Shown here: piece by piece, positions 1-9,936 of the stretch
Layout of the letters: every line of letters begins with the position of its first letter
How positions within the stretch are numbered: the first letter of the stretch is position 1
NCBI GenBank assembly: GCA_046483495.1
Contig: JAWODC010000092.1
Location: forward strand, 1-64,000
DNA: 64,000 bases
Origin: Desulfobacterales bacterium
GTDB taxonomy: Bacteria; Desulfobacterota; Desulfobacteria; Desulfobacterales; UBA5616
Reading direction: 5' to 3'
The notes under the pieces: model-generated
What the model was told of the DNA's origin: nothing
What the model saw: the letters and a program-made list of their open reading frames with translations, nothing else
Database searches by the model: none
Translations under genes and position numbers: made by a program

Positions 1-1
1 G

Positions 2-250
2 ATCGATGCCTACGAGCGTATGATGGAACGCTACATGAACGCGACCGAGCAGAGCTTCGCGGGGATCTCGGCCGATCTGGGCGCCATCGCGATCCGCCTC
101 GAAGCGATCGATCTGCGCCTGGCGAAGCTGGATACCCGTCTCGAACGCATTGAACGCCACCTCGGCATCCTTCCCCCTCCGCCGGCTCCTGAGCCCAACA
201 CTCCTGAAGTTCCCCCTCCGACTCCGGCGCCGGCTCCGTACGCACCGTAG
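2..250 (+). CDS. 5'-truncated hypothetical protein (coiled-coil followed by Pro-rich tail)
   Basis: The frame is open from the window edge (IDAYERMMERY...). It has heptad-like LEAIDLRLAKLDTRLERIE and a PPPPAPEP tail. GC is higher than the rest of the window (about 64% by hand count over 1-348). Confidence 0.55.
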   Translation: MDAYERMMERYMNATEQSFAGISADLGAIAIRLEAIDLRLAKLDTRLERIERHLGILPPPPAPEPNTPEVPPPTPAPAPYAP

Positions 251-348
251 TCTCCGAGATCGGCAACGCTATCCACTTGCACGCGTGTTGTAGATTCGTC
301 CACCGCTGCTGAGGTACTGTGCGAGGACGGCCTGGGCTTCGGGGCGAC

Positions 349-534
349 ATGGGAGGCACACAATACCTCAAGTATCTCCTGGACCGATTTGACGGTCGGC
401 TTTCGATGGCGCTGGCTGCTTACAATGCCGGACCGGAACGGGTTGCTAAGCACAACGCCGTACCCCCAATTCCGGAAACGCAGAACTATGTTAAAAACGT
501 CATCGAATATTATCGTCGATTCGAGAAACCGTAA
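349..534 (+). pseudogene. C-terminal fragment of an SLT-family lytic transglycosylase
   Basis: GGTQYLKYLLDRF...ALAAYNAGP..V...PP.PETQNYV are SLT motifs III/IV. The catalytic ES and GLMQ motifs are missing, and there is an in-frame TGA at 310-312 upstream. Confidence 0.8.
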
Positions 535-614
535 GCGGGATTTTTGGGTCATGCTCCAAATACGAGGGCCGCATTTTCGAGCAACATAAATGCGGCCTCC
601 TCGTATGGGTAAAC

Positions 615-670
615 AATTACCGGCCAACGCCGAAATGGAGCGAATCAGCCATTTCCGGATGGACACTCTA
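615..670 (-). repeat. Partial copy (one arm) of the palindromic MITE/REP-like element
   Basis: The reverse complement reads TAGAGTGTCCATCCGGAAATGGCTGATTCGCTCCATTTCGGCGTTGGCCGGTAATT, nearly identical to the left arm of the copies at 50836 and 59550. It overlaps the ilvE stop codon. Confidence 0.85.
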
Positions 671-1729
671 AACAGGTTCTATCCAACCCATCGGATCATC
701 CGTTAAGCCGTACTGGATATCCGTAATCGTCTTGAAAAATTTTTCGGCTATGGGGCCGACCCGGCCGTTTCCCACATGGATGACCGAGTCTTCGAATTTC
801 AATTCTCCAACCGGGGAAATAACCGCCGCGGTGCCGGATCCGAAAATTTCCTTTAACCGACCGGCACGATGAGCCTCGAAAATTTCGTCGATGCTGATTT
901 TTCTCTCCGTGACCTTCATCCGCCAGTGCTTCGCGAGTGCAATGACCGAATCCCGCGTGATTCCCGGCAATATGCTGCCGTTTAATGCCGGGGTGATGAT
1001 TTCATCGTCGATGACAAAAAATATGTTCATGGAGCCCACTTCCTCCACATATTTCAACTCCACGCCATCGAGCCAAAGCACCTGGGTATATCCTTTTTTA
1101 TGAGCCATCTCTCCGGCATACAGGCTGGACGCGTAATTGCCCGCCGCCTTGCAATCCCCGACCCCGCCTCTCACGGCACGGACATGATCTTTGGTCACCC
1201 ATATTTTAATGGGATTGAATCCTTCGGGATAATAGGCTCCAACCGGTGACAGAATGATAAAAAACCGGTAGGTGTAAGATGCTCGAACGCCCAGAAAAGG
1301 GTCCATGGCCACAATCGTCGGTCGGATATATAAGGATGTTTCCGGTGCGTGAGGAACCCATTCCTCTTCCATTTCAATGAATTGTTTCAGGGCATCCAAT
1401 ACAAAGGTTTCGTCTATTTCCGGAATGCAGAGCGCTCTGGCCGAACGGTTCATGCGTCGAAAATTGTCCTTTGGACGGAACAACTGGACCCTGCCGGATT
1501 GTGTGCGGTAAGCCTTCAGTCCCTCGAAAATGGCCTGTCCATAGTGCAGTACCATGGTCGACGGCTCCATGTGAATGGGTCCATAGGGTTCGATCCGGGC
1601 ATTATGCCATTTTTTTTCCGGGTTATAATCCATGTTGAACATATGGTCTGTAAATGTAGTGCCGAATGTCAACTCGGAATCCTTTGGTCTCTGCTTGAGC
1701 GTTTCTGCTTTCCTGATTGAAATCTGCAT
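668..1729 (-). CDS. ilvE: Branched-chain amino acid aminotransferase
   Basis: LHYGQAIFEGLKAY, YIRP, PLP lysine in KAAGNY, EVGSMN, ILPGITR and GTAAVISP motifs. Confidence 0.97.
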   Translation of the reverse strand: MQISIRKAETLKQRPKDSELTFGTTFTDHMFNMDYNPEKKWHNARIEPYGPIHMEPSTMVLHYGQAIFEGLKAYRTQSGRVQLFRPKDNFRRMNRSARALCIPEIDETFVLDALKQFIEMEEEWVPHAPETSLYIRPTIVAMDPFLGVRASYTYRFFIILSPVGAYYPEGFNPIKIWVTKDHVRAVRGGVGDCKAAGNYASSLYAGEMAHKKGYTQVLWLDGVELKYVEEVGSMNIFFVIDDEIITPALNGSILPGITRDSVIALAKHWRMKVTERKISIDEIFEAHRAGRLKEIFGSGTAAVISPVGELKFEDSVIHVGNGRVGPIAEKFFKTITDIQYGLTDDPMGWIEPV

Positions 1730-1763
1730 ATCTGTCTCCTAAAGGTAATGACATCGATGGATT

Positions 1764-2216
1764 TTATTGATCAGGGGCTTGCGCCGGCCACAGCATCAAT
1801 CCGGTGGTAGTGTCATACTCTCGTTTGAGGGGCTCGCCGATCATCTCCTGGATGCAAATTTCCCCCGCGTAAATCAGCGTTTCCGAGAAAAGATGGCCGC
1901 CAAGGGTTTTTCCTTGTTCATCGGCCAACAGTATGTGGGCATGAACGAAGGGTTTGCCTTCCTTCAATGAAATATTGCCTATACAGGTGATGAGTTCAAG
2001 GGGCCTTTCTTCCTTGAATGTCACGTAGACCTGCTGTTTCTGGTCATAGGCGCCGAGGGTGGCCGACATTACCGCCCCAATCAATGAAAAGGTCGCCATT
2101 TGAATCGAATGTTCCATGCTGATCATCTCGATGGAAGCAATCAGGTCCTGACCGTGGGGAATGCGTCCGACCCGGTATTTGCCGGGTTTGAATTCGCTGC
2201 AATATGGTTGCGTCAT
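1764..2216 (-). CDS. PPC/DUF296 domain protein
   Basis: GNISLKEGKPFVHAH...GGHL motif. Start moved to the ATG at 2216. Confidence 0.9.
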   Translation of the reverse strand: MTQPYCSEFKPGKYRVGRIPHGQDLIASIEMISMEHSIQMATFSLIGAVMSATLGAYDQKQQVYVTFKEERPLELITCIGNISLKEGKPFVHAHILLADEQGKTLGGHLFSETLIYAGEICIQEMIGEPLKREYDTTTGLMLWPAQAPDQ

Positions 2217-2518
2217 TTTAATGAACCCCCTGATGAATGAGCCGGCATCCGAAGAAAAAATCCGGTATGCGGAATGGGTCGTAAGCCGGTCATGGCAGTT
2301 GTTGGATCGACAAAAAAGGCACATAACACGTAATAGGTTGCTGCAGCCGATGCTTAGACCCTGTGCTTACAATTGGATATAGCACTTTTTGACGTTAAAT
2401 CAAGCATTAAAATGCCCGGAATCATCCCCGTGCAATGGTCGAACCGAACGTTGACCCCGTCGAAGAAAACGTGATTTTCTGTTGCTTCCCTTGAGAAAAC
2501 CGGTTTAAACAGGGTGCA

Positions 2519-3298
2519 ATGACAAAAAACATGAGACATTTTGAACCTGTTTGCAAACCCCTCATTATCGGGCATCGGGGCTGCCGTGCCCGATTCCCGG
2601 AAAATACGATCACAGCGTTTCAGGCGGCGATTGAGGCAGGAGCGGATATGATCGAGTTCGATGTAAGGCTTTGTGCCGACGGTCATCCGGTAGTCATCCA
2701 TGACCGCACATTGGATCGTACGACCACAGGAAGCGGCAATGTTGCGGATCGGCGGCTTTTCGAATTGAAGCAGTTGGACGCGGGAAGCTGGTTTCATAAC
2801 CGATTTCGCCACGAAACCGTTCCAACACTGGAAGAAGTGCTGGACCGTTTCGGGCAAAACACGCTGATGAACATTGAAGTCAAAGTTGATAGTGATCAGC
2901 CCCGTCGTGAATCGGCGCAAATCGGGGATAAAATCATGTTGTCGCTGACACGAAAAAACCTTTTATCCCGGGTAATTATTTCCAGTTTCGATAAAACGCT
3001 TCTTGAGTGTATCGAAGCCCGCGGCCGTTCGCCTGCTATCGGTGTTTTGACGAAGCTCGGCGAAGAATCCGATCCGGTTTTCGTATGCCGTGCTCTGAAG
3101 GCCTTTTCTTACCATCCCAATTATCTGGAAGTCGATCAGCAGCTGGTTACCATGATGCACAGTTGCGGGATTGGTGTCGTTCCCTATACCGTCAATGATC
3201 CGGAAGACATCCGGCGTCTTATTCGAATGGGTGTTGACGGACTGATCACGGATGATCCCGAGACGGCGGCAGGGATTCGGAAGACCGGCGCTTTATAA
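2519..3298 (+). CDS. Glycerophosphodiester phosphodiesterase family protein
   Basis: IGHRG, PENT..AF, IEFDV, VIHD.TLDRTT, NIEVK, YTVND and GVDGLITD motifs. Confidence 0.95.
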   Translation: MTKNMRHFEPVCKPLIIGHRGCRARFPENTITAFQAAIEAGADMIEFDVRLCADGHPVVIHDRTLDRTTTGSGNVADRRLFELKQLDAGSWFHNRFRHETVPTLEEVLDRFGQNTLMNIEVKVDSDQPRRESAQIGDKIMLSLTRKNLLSRVIISSFDKTLLECIEARGRSPAIGVLTKLGEESDPVFVCRALKAFSYHPNYLEVDQQLVTMMHSCGIGVVPYTVNDPEDIRRLIRMGVDGLITDDPETAAGIRKTGAL

Positions 3299-3410
3299 TT
3301 CGCAGCCGTTCGATTCGTTTACATCGGTTCGGTTTGAAAGCCCTCCCCATTGGCCGATGCGCCGCACATCCGCCATGTGAAATGGGAAGCTGATGTGAAT
3401 TTTGGCGGAA

Positions 3411-4436
3411 TCAATAACAGAAGCTCTCCCGATAAACCGGATCGGTTAAACGCTCTTCGATGTTTACGCCGAAAAAATCCGACACCGGCTGCAGTATTTC
3501 GGGATTCTTTTCATGGACTCCCCTGACAGTGTCGAGAAGCAGTTTCATTGCATTCTTCGTCATCTTTCCCAAAGGTCTGCGACAGGGACCGGCCGGCATT
3601 CCGAGCACCGCCATCAGGGATTTTATCGGCAGCGGATTCCTGGCCCTGCATATCGTGTCCCCATAAGGCGTGGTTTCCATGGTTTTCACCGTAACCAGAT
3701 CAAATAGAGGTGCAAGTGCTTTATTGAGTTCAGCGGCTTTTTCGATGTTTCCCCGGTCAAGCAGCATGACCATTTCCGTCACGGATTTTGGGACGATATT
3801 GCTGATTACCGAGATCACTCCTGCGGCCTTTATTTCCGGATCCGTCATCATGGCCATGGTATTGCCGTCATCTCCCGACAAAATGGTATAGTCCGGGCCG
3901 CAGCAGGCACGGGTCCGACGCATGGCATCCATATCATTTGTCGCTTCTTTGACCGCCCTTACATTTGGATGTTCGGAGAAGAGGATCGCCAGGTCTTCGG
4001 GCAGCAGCTGTGTTCCGGTGCGTCCGGGAATGACGTAGGGTATGATTTCCAAGTCGGGAAATGCGGCTGCAATAGGTGAAATATACTCCTTCCGAATTTC
4101 CAGCGAGCTCGGACCATTGTAATAGGGGTCCACCAGAAGAACGGCGTCTGCGCCGATACGGGCGGCATGTTCAGTACCCTTGAAGGATTCGCGCGTGTTA
4201 TTGCTGCCGGTTCCGGCGATGCTGATGTATTTGCCCTTTGCATGCGTTACGACGGCCTCGATAACCCGGTTGTGTTCATGCCAATTCAGCGTGGGGCTCT
4301 CGCCTGTTGTGCCCACGGCCAGTATCCCGGTAATCCCGTTTACCTCCTGAAACGCCATCAACTTTTCCAAACCGGTATAGTCGACGGCATCATCGGCAAA
4401 CGGGGTTATTAACGCGGTATAGCAACCACTCTTCAT
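3411..4436 (-). CDS. dapA: 4-hydroxy-tetrahydrodipicolinate synthase
   Basis: TALITPF, GTTGESPTL, AGTGSN, PYYN, AVKEA (Schiff-base Lys), SGDD and NPLPIK motifs. Confidence 0.92.
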   Translation of the reverse strand: MKSGCYTALITPFADDAVDYTGLEKLMAFQEVNGITGILAVGTTGESPTLNWHEHNRVIEAVVTHAKGKYISIAGTGSNNTRESFKGTEHAARIGADAVLLVDPYYNGPSSLEIRKEYISPIAAAFPDLEIIPYVIPGRTGTQLLPEDLAILFSEHPNVRAVKEATNDMDAMRRTRACCGPDYTILSGDDGNTMAMMTDPEIKAAGVISVISNIVPKSVTEMVMLLDRGNIEKAAELNKALAPLFDLVTVKTMETTPYGDTICRARNPLPIKSLMAVLGMPAGPCRRPLGKMTKNAMKLLLDTVRGVHEKNPEILQPVSDFFGVNIEERLTDPVYRESFCY

Positions 4437-4695
4437 AAAATCCCCTGTTCTTGCGTATGGTTCACCCTAAACCGATATCCATTGACGTTCTCCGCATGTC
4501 AGGTGTTTTCCCGTGTATTAAACGAATAACATCCGGAAAGTGATCATCCGGAAAACCATCGGCTGAAGACCGGACAAAATTAAGGTTAAATAATCGGTTA
4601 GTCAAGAGAAAATCCTGCCGATGCTTGCACCCTCATAATCCAGATCTTGGCTGAAGGTGTTTGCTCCGGTTCTTCAGAGCACCTCTTTTTTTTCA

Positions 4696-4724
4696 TTGAC
4701 AAGGTCAAGCGGCAACCCTACTAT
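4696..4724 (+). promoter_or_regulatory. sigma70-type promoter of the TPR gene
   Basis: TTGACA (4696-4701), 17 bp spacer, TACTAT (4719-4724). Confidence 0.6.
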
Positions 4725-4828
4725 TCGTTACAATTCAATTTTCGGCTTTCGTATCGCGACCGGCCCAAAACACGTTTGTCATGATTTTTGAAAGTTGAAT
4801 GATAAATCGAGAAAGAATAGGAAAAAAC

Positions 4829-5455
4829 ATGGAAAAAGCAAGAAACGTTAATGAATATATTGCAAACCAACGAAGAATGATCGCATCGAACCCGGAATGC
4901 GGCACTTCCCATTACAATCTCGCTGTGGCGCTTATGGGATTGAAAAAATATACGGAAGCTGAAAAGCACCTGTATGATGCCATCGAATGCAGCCCGGGGT
5001 TGGCCGAAGCCTACGTGCAACTTGGAGCAATCCGTCTTAAATCAGGCGATCTCGATGGGTGCCTGGATTTCAACAAACGGGCGGTCAAAGCGCGTCCCGG
5101 CTTTTCCGAGGGGCACGGGAATATCGGTTTCATTTACCTGCAGAAAGGTGAGGTGGACGAGGCCATCAAATCCCTTGAAAGGGCCACGGCATTCAACTTC
5201 AGATTTATCCAGGCATATGCCACACTGGCCAACGCTTATTTGATGAAAGGCCGGGTGGAAGATGCCATCGAAGCAAATGTAAAGGCACTGAATCTGGATG
5301 ATACCTTCGCCGTCGTTCACAACAATCTTGCTGTAGCTTATCTCGAAAAAGGCGATTTTGAGAAGGCCGTCGAACATTGCGACAGAGCCCTTGAACTCGG
5401 GTATGAGGTAGCACCTGAATTGCTGCAAGAGATCCACACCCATCGTAAAACATAA
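4829..5455 (+). CDS. Tetratricopeptide repeat protein
   Basis: About five 34-aa TPR units (HYNLAVAL, AYVQLGAI, GHGNIGFI, AYATLANAY, VHNNLAVAY). Confidence 0.93.
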   Translation: MEKARNVNEYIANQRRMIASNPECGTSHYNLAVALMGLKKYTEAEKHLYDAIECSPGLAEAYVQLGAIRLKSGDLDGCLDFNKRAVKARPGFSEGHGNIGFIYLQKGEVDEAIKSLERATAFNFRFIQAYATLANAYLMKGRVEDAIEANVKALNLDDTFAVVHNNLAVAYLEKGDFEKAVEHCDRALELGYEVAPELLQEIHTHRKT

Positions 5456-5484
5456 CGGCGGCTGCAGGCGGGTGTTCTCGACAA

Positions 5485-6654
5485 ATGACCAGACCTGAAT
5501 TTCATTTCTTTATTTCAGATGACAACCGGCCGGTAACCCGGTGCGACTCTGCTTGGGAGCATCCGCTTCCCCGGCAGCGGCATGCGGAAGACGGCATCGA
5601 GTCGTCCGATGATCGGGTGTGTTTGGGGGAATATTTTTCCGCGATTCAATCCTTTTTGTCCCTTGATGATTATCAACCCGTTTTTTCGGCTTTAAACCGG
5701 ACTTTCGGCAACGAACGATCGAATGAAGCGCTTCGGGATATTCGTGTATTTCTGATGAAGCATGGCCAATACTACCATGCCGCACGAATCAATGTGCTTT
5801 TCGGTGATTCTGCTTATACGTTTGTCGTCAACGCGGCCGCATCCCCCGCAGGCATTTCGGTTATCGACGCGGAAATCGAAAGCCTTAACCGGCTCAACCG
5901 AATCTTCCCCTATTCTTATGTTCCCAACGTTTTTGCCCGGGGAGATATTCGTCTCGAACACGGCCGAATGTTGCGGATGTTTCTCGGTGAATGGTTCGAC
6001 GGCTATAAGGAATTTCACCTTTCCCCGGGCCCCGGGGGCACGCCGATGCGAATCGTCGTCTGGAATGACGAAGAAGGCGGATATTTTCTGAAAGCGTCCG
6101 CCGTTGAAAACCTTTATTCAAAAATCGCTGCTTTGTTGACCGCCTATTATAATGTGGCAACCTATGAACACATCGCCCTTTGGCACCACGCGGCCGGTGA
6201 CTTCATCCTGAAGCAGGACGGCGGCAATCTGTCACTTAAGCTCATATCGGTAAGGAACTACCGGCCGATGCTCGAGAATGCGGCACACGATATCGGTACG
6301 ATGCTGGATGCACTGCTTATTTTTTTATTGCAGATGTCGATAAGGACCCGGCTGGACAGAGCCGACGGTGTCGGTGATCTTGAATGGGCGCAGCAGTGGG
6401 CCGTGGCCGGGACCCTGGACGGTTTTTTTCAGGGGCTGAAGGTGCAGGCCGACCACGGTTTGGTTCCTGAAGCATTTATCGATGCCTTCAAACATTACAT
6501 TTTCTGCTTCGAGCTCTCCGATCTTTTGGAGTGGGCCTCCGGTATCGTGAACCGAATTCATCCGGACGCTCATGAAAAACGGATCATCCGCGCACACATT
6601 CAGGACCATGTCTATCATCTCCATGCCGGGTTGAAGCGTTGCCTTTTTCGGTAA
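5485..6654 (+). CDS. Conserved hypothetical protein (possibly kinase-like fold)
   Basis: 389-aa ORF directly after the TPR gene with KHGQYYH and WHHAAGDF segments. Function not assignable by eye. Confidence 0.75.
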   Translation: MTRPEFHFFISDDNRPVTRCDSAWEHPLPRQRHAEDGIESSDDRVCLGEYFSAIQSFLSLDDYQPVFSALNRTFGNERSNEALRDIRVFLMKHGQYYHAARINVLFGDSAYTFVVNAAASPAGISVIDAEIESLNRLNRIFPYSYVPNVFARGDIRLEHGRMLRMFLGEWFDGYKEFHLSPGPGGTPMRIVVWNDEEGGYFLKASAVENLYSKIAALLTAYYNVATYEHIALWHHAAGDFILKQDGGNLSLKLISVRNYRPMLENAAHDIGTMLDALLIFLLQMSIRTRLDRADGVGDLEWAQQWAVAGTLDGFFQGLKVQADHGLVPEAFIDAFKHYIFCFELSDLLEWASGIVNRIHPDAHEKRIIRAHIQDHVYHLHAGLKRCLFR

Positions 6655-6743
6655 AATCGGGCAAAGCTTTGAACTTGAAGCGGCCGTTCACCGAACAGCG
6701 GGCGCCCGGGTTCTGAGCGCCCATGATAGCCGTCCGGGGCTGT

Positions 6744-7481
6744 CTAAAAGAAATAGGCGATACCGATTCCACCATAAACGTTCACATCCTGGGCGCCGTT
6801 GCCGTCAGGCAGTTTGTCACTGTCTATGGCATCCGTATAGTGCAATGAAGCGGACACATTCAGGTCATCCGCAAACGCATAACCGATTCCGACGGAAAGC
6901 AGGTAATCAAAAAAGCCTGCATCACCATCGGCCGTTGCATTGCCGCCGTAATAACCCGCGGAAGCCCCCAACTCGAGACCGACCCCTTCCGATAATGCCG
7001 TACTGTATGCCACTCCGGCATTTATGTAATAGGTATCGACTTCATCGAAATCGTAGTAAATATCCAGTCCTCCTGAAAACCCGTAGGTGAAATCCAGTGC
7101 TGCTCCCACGAAAACCTCGCGTGTACCTTCAGCTCCCGCAACACCGGGGAAAAGATATTCGATATAGCCAATTGAAATGATGGCCGGGTCTAAAACGATA
7201 TCGTATGAAAGGGTGATATCAACCTCTGAAAATTCACCGGAATCGATGGCCTCGCCATAATCATCCAGGTCCAGATTACCCCATACATTAAGACCGAAAG
7301 CACCCTTTTGCACATCCAGGCTGGGCTGCATAACAACACTGTCGTTAAACGTAATGCCCCGCCATACATAAGCCGAATTCAAGTCAACAGCCACCGTTGC
7401 ATCCGCCGCCCATGGGGGCACGGCAACCACCATCGGCAATAAAAAAGCAGCAACCGCGATCAACCATCTTCTTTTCATCAT
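6744..7481 (-). CDS. Outer-membrane beta-barrel protein (TorF/TIGR02001-like)
   Basis: Signal peptide, SAYVWRG, E.DITLSY and GYIEYLFP segments, alternating aromatic strands, C-terminal Phe. Confidence 0.8.
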   Translation of the reverse strand: MMKRRWLIAVAAFLLPMVVAVPPWAADATVAVDLNSAYVWRGITFNDSVVMQPSLDVQKGAFGLNVWGNLDLDDYGEAIDSGEFSEVDITLSYDIVLDPAIISIGYIEYLFPGVAGAEGTREVFVGAALDFTYGFSGGLDIYYDFDEVDTYYINAGVAYSTALSEGVGLELGASAGYYGGNATADGDAGFFDYLLSVGIGYAFADDLNVSASLHYTDAIDSDKLPDGNGAQDVNVYGGIGIAYFF

Positions 7482-7579
7482 TCATCTCCTTTCTTTCCCC
7501 AAACCATTTGCGTTCTTTGTCTGTTTGTGCCGTTTCAGTGTCGGTCTGAGCCTTTCATATTTCTGATGCGGATAAAAGT

Positions 7580-7596
7580 TGCAAATGATATGCCAA
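7580..7596 (-). promoter_or_regulatory. sigma54 (-24/-12) promoter of the outer-membrane protein gene
   Basis: The minus strand reads TTGGCATATCATTTGCA, matching TGGCAY-N5-TTGCW, about 100 bp upstream of the start, with an AT-rich segment further upstream. Confidence 0.75.
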
Positions 7597-7865
7597 CGGA
7601 ATGTGAAGAAGTATATCGTTTAAATTCAGTTAGATGTTGTTTGTTAACAAGCCTTCCGATTGTATCTTGAAGTTACTTTTTTGAAACTTTTGAGGGGAGC
7701 TTAAGACAAATTTGTAATCAGCCTCTGGACTTAAAATGTGATGCAGAGCGGTTTTGGACGTTCGGCGGCGCAGCGGACAACGGCGTCAACAGCACCGCCG
7801 AACGTTGACAATCTTCCGAAGTTCGGCTAATTTATAATTTAAACATTTGCGTGAGAGGAGTTCAC

Positions 7866-8168
7866 ATGCTGCATTACAGCAGGATTTTTCATCTTTTTTT
7901 GGTGGTGATCATCGCTTCATGCGTTCTATCCGGCTGCAGCCGATTGACCAGTGAAAACTATCAGAAGCTGAAATTGGGCATGACCATGGATGAGGTGGTG
8001 GACATTCTCGGTGAAGCCGATGCCTGCGATGCGACCTTGGGCGTAACGAGCTGCATGTGGGGAAATGAGAAAAAAAATATCCGCATCAAATTCGTTTCGG
8101 AAAAGGTGGTTTTTTATTCATCCAAGGGCTTGGCCATGGAAAGTCCCTCTTCCCAAACGCCGTTATGA
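7866..8168 (+). CDS. Small lipoprotein (DUF3862/BamE-like)
   Basis: Lipobox LSGC, then NYQKLKLGMT.DEV..ILG. RBS GAGGAG and a TTGACA-17-TAATTT promoter at 7805-7833. Confidence 0.8.
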   Translation: MLHYSRIFHLFLVVIIASCVLSGCSRLTSENYQKLKLGMTMDEVVDILGEADACDATLGVTSCMWGNEKKNIRIKFVSEKVVFYSSKGLAMESPSSQTPL

Positions 8169-8205
8169 AGCGCCCGGGTCAGACGATTGCGCATCTTTTC
8201 CGGTT

Positions 8206-8985
8206 TCAGTCTTGCTGTTTGTGGTTTATCTGTGTTTCCACCATCCCTCCCATGGTCATGAAGGATTGATTCCGGTCTTCCATTTTAATGGCATCTTCAA
8301 GGCTTAATACATTTACGGCCGAGTTTAAGGCCTCCTTGGTCATATGCAATGCTATTCGGCTCTTTTCAGCCATGTTCCGCGCGATGTCCATGGCCGCCGA
8401 AAAGAGATCCGCATTGGCGTATACATAATTCACCAAGCCGATTTCCAAGGCCTCATCGGCGGAAATGCGTATTCCGGTCAAACACATTTCCGCGGCTTTC
8501 CCCCATCCAACGATACGCCACAAGAAGTAACTCGACCCCATATCTGCGCCTCCCACCCCGATATTGATGTATTGCGCACAGAAAACAGCGTCATTGCCGG
8601 CCAACCGAATATCCGAAGCCAGTGCCAGTGAAAGTCCCCCGCCCATTGCGGGGCCGTGTACGGCAGTGATAATGGGTTGCGGGCAGTAGCGCATCAGGCG
8701 GTAAATTTTGGAAAAATAAGACTGGCCCATGTAAAAAGTATCCGGGCTCGGCCGCCTGTCCCCCTTTTGGCCGAACTCTTTCAAATCCATTCCCGAGCAG
8801 AACCCTTTTTCTCCGGCCCCCTTCATAACGATGACTTTCACCGTTCGATCATCTTCCCGCTGCCGCCAGAAATCGACCAGCTCCCGCACCATTTCCCTGT
8901 TCATTGCGTTGATCACCCGGGGTCTGTTGAGCGTCAGAACGCCGATTTCCCCTTGAATTTCGTATTGAATCGTATTGTAGCTCAT
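8206..8985 (-). CDS. Enoyl-CoA hydratase/isomerase (crotonase family)
   Basis: LTLNRP..NA, FCSGMDL, PQPIITAVHGPAMGGG.SLALASDIR and DMGSSYFL motifs. The canonical catalytic Glu pair is absent and an Asp is present instead. Confidence 0.92.
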   Translation of the reverse strand: MSYNTIQYEIQGEIGVLTLNRPRVINAMNREMVRELVDFWRQREDDRTVKVIVMKGAGEKGFCSGMDLKEFGQKGDRRPSPDTFYMGQSYFSKIYRLMRYCPQPIITAVHGPAMGGGLSLALASDIRLAGNDAVFCAQYINIGVGGADMGSSYFLWRIVGWGKAAEMCLTGIRISADEALEIGLVNYVYANADLFSAAMDIARNMAEKSRIALHMTKEALNSAVNVLSLEDAIKMEDRNQSFMTMGGMVETQINHKQQD

Positions 8986-9284
8986 GTTCATCTCCTTCTC
9001 GGATATTGAAAGATGCCGTTTCACGCCTTTTTGCCGGGTTACTCTACCGGATTTGCGCCCCGAATTGCAATGACCATTTCACTTTATAGAACCGTTGGGT
9101 AAAGCCGAATACCCTAAAGCCTTTTTCATCGTCGGGCATGGCCGAACGTTTAAACACGAAGATTTAAAACACCTGTCACCCGAAAAGCAGCACAAAGGCG
9201 CTGTTTGCCCCGACAAAAGAGGATTGATCTTCGAAGGGATGTGTGCTTTACATGGATAAAAAGAGAAGCTCACCAGGAGTTCAA

Positions 9285-9800
9285 ATGAAAGGGTATGTTC
9301 AGGTTTATACGGGAAACGGAAAAGGGAAAACGACAGCTGCTTTAGGGTCAGCCCTTCGAGCTGCCGGCGCCGGTATGAACGTTTATATCGCCCAGTTTAT
9401 GAAATGGGGGGATTACAGCGAAATAAAAGCGCTTCAGCGTTTTTCGGATCTCATCACCGTCGAGCAGTACGGCTTGGGAAAATTTATCAGGGGAGAGCCT
9501 ACGCCTGAAGAAAAAGCCGCTGCAAAACAGGGATTCGAGAATATCAAGACGGTGGTCAGCCGTGGCCGGCATGATATGGTGATCATTGAAGAAGGGAATT
9601 TAGCGGTTCAGTACGATTTGATTCCCATTGAAGAACTGCTGCTGCTGATCGACCGTAAGCCCGAACATATGGAAATCATCATTACCGGACGAAATGCAGA
9701 TCCAAGGCTCATTGAAAAGGCGGATCTGGTTACGGAAATGAAGGATATCAAGCACTACTTCGAGATGGGCGTGCCGGCCCGGGTCGGAATAGAAAAGTAG
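9285..9800 (+). CDS. cobO: Cob(I)yrinic acid a,c-diamide adenosyltransferase
   Basis: VQVYTGNGKGKTTAALG, QFMK, ITGR.A, ADLVTEM..IKHY and ARVGIE motifs. Confidence 0.95.
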   Translation: MKGYVQVYTGNGKGKTTAALGSALRAAGAGMNVYIAQFMKWGDYSEIKALQRFSDLITVEQYGLGKFIRGEPTPEEKAAAKQGFENIKTVVSRGRHDMVIIEEGNLAVQYDLIPIEELLLLIDRKPEHMEIIITGRNADPRLIEKADLVTEMKDIKHYFEMGVPARVGIEK

Positions 9801-9936
9801 CCCCGTAAGGGAAAAAGATCCGATCCTGCGGCAAATTTCGAATTAAAAATCGTCGTCTTGAGAATCGATTCGAGATGATTTGAAGCAGCAATACGCCTGT
9901 GGCGACAATGCATACGTAATCGGGAGGATGTTTACG

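Noticed and set aside
31..666. 211-aa minus-strand ORF
   Set aside because: It is antisense to two plus-strand coding fragments, starts inside a repeat element, crosses the suspected junction and has no motifs.
9030..9284. Possible cobalamin riboswitch upstream of cobO
   Set aside because: No GGGAA, T-loop or B12-box elements were found.
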